The notes beneath the pieces were generated by a model. The model saw nothing but the letters and a program-made list of their open reading frames with translations. It made no database searches and was not told where the DNA came from. Below, in pieces: positions 10,701 to 21,111 of a stretch of DNA of 50,944 nucleotides. The stretch lies in contig DF237501.1 of assembly GCA_000708835.1 (NCBI GenBank), forward strand, positions 10,304-61,247, read 5' to 3'. The translations under genes and the position numbers were made by a program. This stretch comes from Klebsormidium nitens (taxonomy: Eukaryota > Plantae > Klebsormidiophyceae). Within the stretch, counting starts at the first letter, position 1. Each line of letters starts with the position of its first letter.

Positions 10701-13700
10701 CGTGGAGATGGAGGTGGAGCAAGCCGGTAAGGAAACGATCTGATCTATCAAATTCCTTTTTCCTTCTATTTTGGGGGACTGTACTTCCGTTCCGGTTCCG
10801 GCCTGGGGTAACCGCACTCGTAAAAGAAAGGCCACGGGGACCGAAGCATAATGGAGTTTCAACAAGAGTCTAGCAAACGTTGTTGCCATTGCTGATCTGG
10901 GATGCGCTCAGATACAATCGGTTTTTGGGATGATTCTCGAGGTGCAATCGGTGGAAGCCAACTCCGCTGCCGGTCCAACCGGGCACGGTTGCGAAGCTAT
11001 AGGCGCTAGCACGTGGCGATAATGAGGGTTGAAGTCCTGACATGGAAAAAGCGCAAGCCCTTGCTCAAAAGTCTCAGACCCTTAAGAACAAGTGCCTTTG
11101 ATTCGAGTCCTGAACAGCCTTTACTGCTCGTGCGGAGCAACAGCATTCCCCCCGGTGAACCACCGCTCAAAAGCAGCATACGTCTACTTCAACTCTGCAA
11201 TACTTTTTGCGCAGGATGCAATGACCTGATAAACGACTACTATTGACTTATCGATCGGCCTTTGTCAAGGATCAATATTGGTTGATAAATGGTCCATGTT
11301 GCTTATCGACACTGGCGCACAGCAACGCAGTTAGCCGTCTAAATCTGTCCTGCTTCTTCTACATTATTTTGAATCACATCACTATTTTGAATCCTTTCCG
11401 GATGGCGCTAAAGAGCGCCTCTGAGTCTAAGATTCTCTTCAGCCATGTGGAAATCGTGCACTCAGATCTTGCTCCAACCCTACCCTGTTTCGCGCCACTT
11501 TGCTTGTGACTGTTACCAAAGCGACTCTCTTTCATCGAAGCTGGAGAAATTTTTGGGTGATGCTCCCACTTCTTAAGAGCAACGCCTATCAAGCGGGCCG
11601 TCTCACTTCTGTCTCCTCCCTACGCTCAACCCTTCCTGTTTCCGGCTGCAAAGCCTAAGCCTGCCTTGAAACGAGCGACCGCCGACTGGTGGAACGCTGG
11701 ATCTTGGTCGCCGCTCCAGACCTCCGCCCACAGACCCACCAAAAGAAACTTGAACAGCCATGAAATCTCAATGCTCTCCCTTTCTCCGCGTCCAAACAGC
11801 AGACGCTCCAAAGGCGAGAAAGAAGATGGCTGCGCCGAAACCCGTCATGCCGGCCGCCGGGTTTGCGGCATCGATGGCCAGGCCGATGCCTGTCATACGC
11901 GTTTACGCCCACACCCGGCGGAAGCAGGGGGTGGAGAGGTAGGCATGCTGCAAAACCTAGAACCCTGAAACCGTAAGCTCCAAAGCCCTGACCCTCTGAA
12001 AACCCCCACCTTTCATCACCGCCTTCGACATTTGGTTTTGCGTCGAAATCAAAGGGTTCCCTGGAGACTGACTGGTTTGGCTTAGAGGTTCTTATTGTTT
12101 GCCGACTGGGTCGCTTCATTCCCGCTTTCGCCTTTACGAAAGCAACTGGTGCCGCTTGATGCTAGAGGTGGAAGGGCCAAACTTCGCCTCGCCCAAACTG
12201 ACAAACAGGAGCGTCGTTTACAAGCGGTGCTTTGATCCAGGGTACGAAAGCTTGGGATTGGCTTTGATTCTTTACACAAAGTCAGCATCTCTTTTCGCGA
12301 CCCACAAGCATCAGACTTTGGGTCTGGGTTCTCGAATTATGTTGGAGAAGCTTATAAGCATCTAGCTTCGAATCTTTCGAGATCCTCCGGAGAATTACTT
12401 CGCGCGTGTCATCTTCAAAGAGTTTTTCCCTGACTTCGAATCAACCCATCTTTGCAGGAGTACCCAGAGGTCCGACTTCACCGAGACGGTCTACTTCGCC
12501 GCCTCCCTAGTTACCGACGCGCGCGGCCGCGCGGCCGCGGAGTTTGATCTGAGCGACTCCATCACGTCCTTCGCCGTCACCGTCGACGCCCACAAGGCGA
12601 TCGAGCTCAAAACCGCCGGCGACATCGTCACCACAACCGTTACCACCAAGACCAAGGACGGGGCCGAGACCACCGTTACCACGACGGAAACCAAACCGCC
12701 CCGGGTCGTGCGCGCGTGCGCGCTCGGCGCGTCGGACGGTACCTTCAAGATCCGGTCGGTGAAGCCGTTCTACGTGGACGCAAAGTGCCCCCTCGAGCTC
12801 ACGACGAGCGACCGGGTGCTCCTACCGGTCACTCTGGTGAACGCGGCCCCGGACCCAGTCTCGGTTGCGGTGCAAGTCGGGGTGAAGGGGCCGCTTTCCT
12901 TAGACGCATCCGATCGCCCGGGGAAGTCTACCGGGTCCGAGGCAATGGATGTCGACCCCCCCGGAAAGATGGCCCCCAACTTTACCCTGCTGAAGCAGAG
13001 CCTGGAGGCCGCCAGCAGTGCCCGGAGAATCGTCCCGATCGTAGCGGGGGGGGCCGCTCTCGACGCGGCCTACCAGGCGGATACCGATACCCCCTCTCCC
13101 GTTCCGAGGGGTTCGGTGACTGTGAACGCTACGGCGTCGGTTGGGGGGGGGAACACGAACGGGGGGGTCGTGCACAGGGATAATGTGAAGAGGGAGTTTG
13201 CGGTGTCGCCCAAGGGGTTCCCCCAGGAACAGTCGGCGGGGGGGATGCTGAAGCCCGGGGGAGGGAAAGTGGGCGGGGAGTTTGCGCTGCCAGAGGACAC
13301 GCAACCGGGGAGCGTGGTGACGTCAGTCACGGTGTTCCCGTCGCCAGTGAGTAGTGGATGCTTTACTCGTCATGTTTACGACGGCTTCTATTTGCCCTCC
13401 TGAGTGAATCGTTGGTCGTTGCTGTGCAGGCCATGATCTTGTTGATTCTTGGAACTCTTCGGACGCTTGTTACGTCCCTCAAAACCTAGAAAACGAACAC
13501 CGATGGAAGGGAGCGAACCTCGCTTGCGCTGGTCAACGAGACTCTTCTTCTCTGTTCGTCTTAAGTGTTGGTGAGAACGTCTGGCTGTAATGATGACATA
13601 ACTGACGTCGAGATGGACTCTGATACTGGTGGTTTGTCCAGCTAACTTAAATCTGCTCTTTGCAAGCTTCTAAAACAAGAGGTTCCAAGTTGATAGGTCG

Positions 13701-16700
13701 TCTTGACTCTTGCCGTCGGTCGAAGCTACACTCAGAGACGCGTTACAATCATATTGTAGAGAATCGAAGACATGAAGACTCCCTCCTGCATTATTGCTGG
13801 AAATGAACTGTTGACAGATGAATGGGTTTTCATAGCTCTTTTCGCCTCTTCTTCTCCTCGACTCGACCGGAAATGGTCGAAGTACGGATTCCCAGTAGTC
13901 CTGCCCGCCTTTGTTTTTGATTACCTGAAAATGGTCGATGTCCTGATAGCCACGTCTGGTATACTGATTGCTGTCGTTGTGCCAGGTGGCAAGCCTGACG
14001 CAAGCTTTGGAGGCCCTGATCCGCGAGCCGTACGGCTGCTTCGAGCAGACGTCAGCGACCGTCTACCCCAACATCATGGCGCAGCAATACTTCAAGACGC
14101 ACTCCGGCGTATCGCCCCAGCTTATGGAGAAGTCCTATAAGCTATTGGGCACGGGCCTGGATAAGCTGCGGAGCTTCGAAGTGAAGGGCAGCGGCGGGTA
14201 CGAGTGGTTCGGGTCGGAGCCCGCGCACGAGGCGCTGACAGCGTATGGGCTGCTGGAGTTTGTGGATATGGCGCAGGTGGGTCGCTTATGTGCATCTTGC
14301 CGGCTTATAAGTTGCTAGAGTCTGGGCAGAGCCCGCCCACGAGGCGCTGACCGCGTATGGGCTGCTGGAGTTTGCGGATATGGCGCAGGTGGGTTGCTTA
14401 TGTGCATCCCGCCGGCTTATACGCTGCTACGGTTCGCAGCTTTTTCGTTTCCTCAGAGTAGTCAGAGGCTGTTTGACTTTGCACAAGTGGGTCGGAGTTG
14501 CGCGGTTTACCCGCTTATGGGCTGTTGCAGGCCGTCGGTATAGCGCGTCCGTCGCTTTCGTGCATTCCGATCAGTGCTGCCAACCGTCTATGATCTATCG
14601 GAATTTTTGAAAAGGGACCGGACTCATCCTGCAGGCTCAGGGTACCGATTTCGTTCAAGGACGTAATCTGCGCAGATCTGCGCCTGTTTTCACTCAATTA
14701 ACTCCTTCCTTTCGAATATCTCTTCTCTTTTGTCACATCGATCACACACACTGGTGTCAGCACGCTCTAATGCTCATCTGGCAAGACGAGGTCCAATTTT
14801 CGAACGTACAGAAAAAGTACAAACCTGGCCCAAATCTCTTCCCCGCTTAGGTGTACCCCGTTCCGGAGGACATGATCCGCAAAACGCGCGCGTGGCTCCT
14901 CGGCCGCCGGGACGCGCCCGCGCGCGCGTTCCACCTGGACCCCAAGTCGCTCGACAGCTTCGGCGGCGCGCCCGCTGACGTCACCAACGCCTACATCGTG
15001 TGGTCGCTGACGTACGCCAAGCTCAAGGACGGGCTGGAGCAGCAGGTGGGTGGGCCTGGAAAAAGAAATCCAGATGCGCTTCATAAACCTGCGGGTCTGG
15101 TGACGTTTTGGAGTGATTTGTGCGCCTTTGAGTTGCCGCCCAGGCTGGATGCTGTGAACTTTCTAACTCTCATAATCAGCAACACTAGTTAGCGGTTATG
15201 AAAAACAAATATAATCTTGTATCTTTGCCGACATTCCTTAGCTATTTTACTCGGTGGCTGCAAGCTCTCCAAAGTCAGTCATAACCGGTTCTGGGCTCTG
15301 ATCGCTTGCCGCTTGCGCATCTTATTTCAAGCTTCGTCTGGAGAAGAGTACTGAGCGTTCCTCGTAGAAAAAGACGGATGACAGAACGGATGAGAGGTGC
15401 TCTATTGTGTCCACCAATGGCGGCGCCCAAAAGCTTGACATCGGACGATCGAAGCTGAGAAAAAAGCATCAAACGGCTCTACGACGCTTTCGCAACATCT
15501 AAAAGAGATTCTTCTGCGTTCAGATCGCCAGCCTGGTGGAGCAGACGGCGACCAACAAGGACCCCTACTTTGTTGGCCTGGTCGCCGGCACCCTCTACAA
15601 TGTGGGCCGCAACGACGAGGCGGCGCCGCTCGCGCGCGGCCTGGAGAAATTTCAGGTGAGGGGGGGTCCGTGCCGGGCGTGAGGTAACCCCTCAGAAGTT
15701 ATTGCCAGCGATCAGAAACTATGCGATCCCACACCTCGTGCTTCCAAGAATCTACGCTTACAGTGTCGTAAGATCCAGACTTTCAGTATATCTTAAAGTC
15801 GGAATCCAGAACGGTCTGTTCGTTAGAAGCCTGGATGCGCCTGAGCAGTCAATCTGAGCTCTGCATCAAAGTTTGGTTAAACGGCGTCACTGGTTTTACA
15901 TTGAAATTATGCGGACTCCGCTTTAGGTAGATATTGCAATTAACGGGAAGGCATGTTGTTTGTCCCTGTATCGCAGTCTCTCTTTCCTTGTGATGGCGTG
16001 CGTGCTTGCTTGCACCGTTTTCTGATTGGAAGAAAACTTCAAATGAGATCTCTGTGCTGGCTGGAGAGAATCAAATACAAGAGCGCCGTTAATTCTGTCG
16101 TGCTAACAGGCAGGTTGCACGATTTCTGTCAACCGTTTGAGGCAGCAAACCTGTGAGACTTCCATTCAACCTACTTCCTAGCTCCTTGCAGACGAAGCAT
16201 GGGATACTGGTCGACGCGCATAAATCCATTACGCTTGCTGGCGGAGATGCCGCTCTCATCGACACCCAAACCCCAACCCTGGTTTGAAGCTTCAAGCATA
16301 AATCCCAAATCTCCGAACGTTACGGTGACTTCACTTCCTACGGGATTTTGCAGAAGAAGGACGGGAGCCTGGTCGACGCACGCACGTCCATCACGCGCTC
16401 CGGCGGGGACTCCCTTCTCATCGAGACCACTGCGGTGGCCGTCCTCTGCTGGCTCAACGAGAAAGCGGCCTTCGGTCCCAACATCCGCCGCGCCGTCGAA
16501 TGGCTCGCCACGCGCTGCAAGGACGGCAAGTTCGGCTCCACGCAAGCGACGGTGCTCGCGCTGAAGGCGATCATAGCGTATGACGTCAGCATGACGTCGG
16601 CGCGCGCGCCCGGGAAGGTGCACCTGCTGGTGGACGGCGCGCGCGTGGAGAGCGTCGCGTTCGACGCGAAGACGGAGGGGGCGATCGTGGTTAGTTCCGG

Positions 16701-18923
16701 TTTCGGATGCCTTTCAGATTTTCTAGAGTTCGTTTTGACCCTGCGTTTTCGGGTAAGGGGCTGGTTAGGTGTCCTCCGGTTTGCTAGAGTTCTGTGCTTG
16801 GGTAAGCATAGTGAAAACCGTCGTTGTTAACATTTGCACTTCCTTCGATGACTTAGCTCCCGGCATGTGAGGTGCCACCGCTGAGCAAGAGAGTCTTACA
16901 GTCCTGTCGTGGAACCTGAGGTCTTGTCAAGTCTGATCTCCCTCGAGCCATCTCGCTGCCGTGACATTCCAAAGTATCTGTGCAAGGGGGAGTGTTGAAA
17001 AACCTGAGTCGGTCAAAACGTCGGTCAAGGTTCTTCTTTCCCAAGAACAATATCCTAAGGAGCCGTTTTAAGGCTGTGGCGTCGCTCAAGCTTAAAATTG
17101 TCACGAATCCAAACCTGATTTATGCATATCGAGCAGTTTAAGGACGTGGCCGCGCGGCTGACGTCGGACGGGCGTGCGAGGAAAGTGGAACTAGAGATGG
17201 AGGACGGTGCGGAGATGCCGTACGCGATCCAGGTGGGGGCGAAGTCGCTTGTCTAGTTCGTCGTCCTCAATCTCTGCTCAAGCTGTTGGAAAAGTATTGA
17301 AACTTCGAACGGAACGTTTGCCATCAGCAGTTTCTAAAAGAAAAGACGGCAGCACCTTTTTCAGACGCGTACGGATGGCGCTTTACTTTGAATGCAGTCA
17401 TGCAAGATTCTTTGCCATTACGATCGTCAAGGAAGAAGCTTGTGATACTTTTCTAAATCAAATGAAGCCCAAGTTAAGAACGAGGATAACTCTAAAACTC
17501 AAACTCAAGTAGTCACCCGGTCTGCACCGGCCCGTCTCCTCCCTAACCTTCATGTCAAGTCCGTTGCAGTACTTTGATCTTATTATACCTATTCTAGAAC
17601 GATGAGCTTGTGGTCTGCAACCGAAACCCCAAGAGACCCCTCTTCTCTGGAGTGCCAGCTCGTGGCTCTTACAGATATTCGCGAGTGCGAAGATCCCCAG
17701 CGAAACGCAGTCAATCTGGATCGTCCTTTGGGAAACGGCTCTCTCTCCACGTGTCGCCGCGACTCGTGACGTCCATTTTGGCAACTCAAGAGCACTCGCC
17801 TGTGCCCAATCAGGAAAACGAGTTTCATCATAATCCGACGCACTTTCCGCAGATCCGCTACCACTCGGAGCGCCCGTCTTCCGCGGCCGAATGCGCCATC
17901 GGGCTCAGCGTTGCGCTGCAGCAACCGACCGCCCAAGAGGGCGACCTCGTCGAGATCCTGATGACTGTGGAGAATAAGAAAGCGGACGAGGCGCTGCCCA
18001 TGACGGTCGCCATTCTGGGCCTCCCCGGCGGCCTCGAGCCGCGCCACGACCAGCTGCGCGAGCTCGTGACGCGGGGTGACGTGGCGTTTTACGAGGTGAG
18101 AACAATCTCATCTGAAGAAAATGTTTTTTTTACGACGAAAGTAAAATGGGTCCAAGAGTTCAAACGCTTAACGTCTTTATCCTAATTCTGGTAAATAGAG
18201 GTCATCTTTTCGAACGTGAGAGTATGCGCGAGCGAAGCGAGGTTATGATACTGCAGGGGCTTGTCGTGTTGCCGTGGAGCTTTGCAACTTTCAGCTGTTG
18301 CCCAGAAGGAGCTGTTCTGGTTGTTTGCCCGTCATTGGAGAGCCATTTGAGCGGAAAGCGCATCTGGGTCTCAGTTGCCTGCAAACAAATGAATAGGATA
18401 CAAGGAATCGTAGTTTCGTTTTTGAAGGATGGTCTTGAAGAGACAAAAAGTCTGAGCGCAGATCTTACATAGCCTCATGTCCTTTCAGCGTGTACCTGTG
18501 CGACCCGGCTATGCTGCCGGATGTTCCTCATACTTCTTCTAGAGTCCCGCCTTCGACGCATGTTACGAAAGCTTGACTGGTCATTACGGACCGCCTTTTT
18601 GACCACCCCCCTTTCTTCTCACGCCTCCGAATCTTCTACAAGTCGGTCTCCACTCGGAACTTGAAACGAGCACGTTGCTCTTGAAATAAGAACGCACAAC
18701 GCTGAACTGGTATGCTTTCCCAACGCAGCTCCGCGGCCGTGACGTTATCTTCTACTGGCGCACCCTGGCGGCCGGGCAGAAGGTGACGTTGCGCTTGGAG
18801 GCGAGCGCCGCGGTTCCCGGCGAGTATGTCGGGCCGGCCTCTAGAGCGTACATGTACTATACGGACGAGCTGAAGACGTGGACTGAGCCCATCAGGAGCG
18901 TCATAACCCCGAAAACTGACTGA
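4789..18923 (+). CDS. Alpha-2-macroglobulin-family thioester-containing protein (bacterial MG2/A2M type), 16 exons, about 1564 aa
   Basis: Exons 4789-5049, 5374-5640, 6286-6571, 7052-7830, 9017-9190, 9751-9866, 10431-10726, 11800-11938, 12458-13346, 13986-14276, 14851-15045, 15524-15655, 16354-16689, 17137-17232, 17853-18095, 18729-18923. All are GT-AG and phase-compatible, total 4695 nt. Motifs: STDKPIYRPGD (MG2), FPEGG, DLLLGTQGWRRF, RSDFTETVYF, PYGCFEQTS (thioester), FGSTQATVLALKAI, GLPGGLEP, PGEYVGPASRAYMYY. Confidence 0.93.
8746..8996. mobile_element. 251-bp MITE-like insertion in A2M intron, G-rich core copy 3
   Basis: Termini CGTTAC/GTAACG flanked by a CAA direct repeat (8743-8745, 8997-8999). 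Nested inverted repeats 8795-8808/8958-8971 (13/14 match) and 8819-8836/8930-8947 (18/18 match). Confidence 0.7.
9424..9800 (+). repeat. About 190-bp degenerate tandem duplication including the acceptor and 5' end of A2M exon 6
   Basis: CACAAAGACAAGCCTGCT at 9424 and 9614. The pseudo-exon at 9569 resembles the exon at 9751 but has a 1-nt deletion and a stop at 9608-9610. Confidence 0.75.
14217..14421 (+). repeat. 112-bp-period duplication of the 3' end and donor of the A2M thioester exon
   Basis: The EPAHEALTAYGLLEF(V/A)DMAQ|GTGGGT block starts at 14217 and 14329, with donors at 14277 and 14389. Confidence 0.9.
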
Positions 18924-19974
18924 TAAAGTTGCGTACCTAGAAAGAGCGTGTGTTTGCGGCGACAGACGAGACGTGTGTGCTTCAGGGGATGTCTTCTTGG
19001 GCAGATGCGCATCTAGAAGAGGTTGTTTTGTAGTCCCGGTCCTTGAGTTTTTTTACTTTCACTGTTACGTATCGTGACTCTGTTGTATATTGCATACTGT
19101 GCCGTGGTTCTTGACTCTCGTTACTTCTTTGAGACGTTTTTAGCCAGATTGATATCATTGTATTCTGAAAGAAAGGAGCGATTACTGTAGAACTTTAGTC
19201 TGAGGAGTGCCGTGGAGGCACACTGAGTTTATGGCTCACACGACCGATAAGGTTGATAATACGTTGACTATATTAGCACTAATATATTAAAAATGGATGT
19301 CAGCGCATGGTACAATCTCATGATGGTGCAGGGCGCGCTACTACTTCTCAATCGAGTCAGTAGATTTCTATCAGATTAGCCAATACCTTACAGAAGCGCA
19401 GGAGATCGATGGGTCTTGTGCGGGCCCATGGGCTATAGCTAGCTACAGCCATGCATGCATGACACGTCCGATCTCAGATAAAACCTCGCGTGGGGATACC
19501 GGAGATAAGTCCAATATTAGCTGAGATTTGAGGGCGCATAGGCCGCGTCGTACAGCTGCCGAATCAAGCTGACTTGATTATTCTCGAAATGCATGCTGGT
19601 TATACAGATTTGCTCAATATAAGACTTGCCTGAATGGGCTAAGATAAGTGGCACATGTGCACTTTTGCGGTTAATTAAACATAGCCATCCTCTCGATCCA
19701 GCTTTTCATGAGCCTGCCGTCTTGAATGCCGGATCAGTGCTAGGCAAACGTCGTGAAACTGCGTCTGGAGAGCTCGCCGTGCGACATGCGTGGGTCACTA
19801 GAATTGTTTACGATGATAAGCAAGGTACGACGAGGACGGGGTTACGTTTATGGGGACCGTCGTTTATAAAAAAAAGGATGGGTGCGGAAAAGTTTTAGGG
19901 TTTCAGTTTTGAATAACCAGGGGATGTCACTTCGTTCTTTGTATTAGAATCCAGATCCTTATCACCGAAATTGG

Positions 19975-20215
19975 TTCAACAAGTTGCTGCGCGCTTTAAG
20001 CACACCGTACGTCGCTGCTTTGTTCGCGAAGGACACACAACATCCTGCTATGACTCAACACGTCACGAAACCTGCCGATCGCTCTCTTGATCAAACCAAC
20101 CACATGTTCAAATTCTTGCTGCGCGCTTCAAGCAAACCGTCGCTCCTTTGGTCGAGTGTTATACAACATCCTGGTTCCGAATGACAGGAACCCCTCGCTC
20201 TCTTGATCAGATTCC
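19975..20215. repeat. Degenerate tandem duplication, about 130-bp unit
   Basis: GCTGCGCGCTT, CAACATCCTG and CGCTCTCTTGATCA each occur twice in the same order. Confidence 0.6.
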
Positions 20216-21111
20216 AGCCATACTGTCAGGGTTAAGACCTGGCACGCTGCGGGCGTTTCCACTATCTTCTCTTCCCCCGGCTCAACACATACCAAGAGCG
20301 TTTTGTTCAGGGGAAAGCAGCCCTTTTGGTACGTGGTCCTAACCACGAGTGCCAGGCGAGAGGAGTCGTTCCTAAGCCTTGTCTCCGCTGTGCGCCGCCC
20401 CATCTCTGACCGTTTCCTTTCCCTCCTTTCCAGATTGCTTCGTTGCAAGGTAAGTACACAATAGCTTCAATGCGGAGGTTTTCCCAGCGCCTTTCTTATG
20501 AGGAAATACACACAGATATGTAAACAAGATACTGCTTGTCAGTAGATTTACAGGGATTCAGGAGGCTTGAAACACCCCCTGATGCTTTGATTGTCCCCGC
20601 CAGCTACCAATCATGCCATTTATCAACTTACATGCACCAGGTGCGACCAGCAGATGGGAATCAATAGAAATTTCCAAACGCCTGTTAATAGACGGGGTGG
20701 CTTGAGAGTGCGCATACGGCGGCTTGCTCTGTCGTGCTACAAGAATTCCATGTTGAGCAGAATATTTCAGGACATATGATAGGCACTCGTCGCGCGGCGC
20801 CCGGCCGCCGACGCACATCTAGTCTTGAAAGGGTTTAGCAGGGTTTACAGCTCACTTGCACTGCAACGGTTACGGTTGGGACTCAACCGGGGAGTACATG
20901 TACAGCCAACTGGAACTCCATTTCAGGTTAAGGTGAGCCAGGTTGAATAAGTTTAACGCGCCTGGGACGCACCAAATCCAAAACCCTAGAGTTGAAGTTA
21001 CCCGTAACCATCCTAGCCCCCAAATAAATCCCATCCGTCCACCGAGCACTGACCTACTGTTTCTAGCTAACGCTGACGTCCTAAACCGCGGGTCAAAGGG
21101 TCCGGATGCAG

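Noticed and set aside
11952-12007. AAACCCT-like tracts (also 5338-5353, 27948-27985) as true telomere or fusion sites
   Set aside because: They are short, degenerate and scattered in introns, so they are better seen as interstitial telomere-like motifs.
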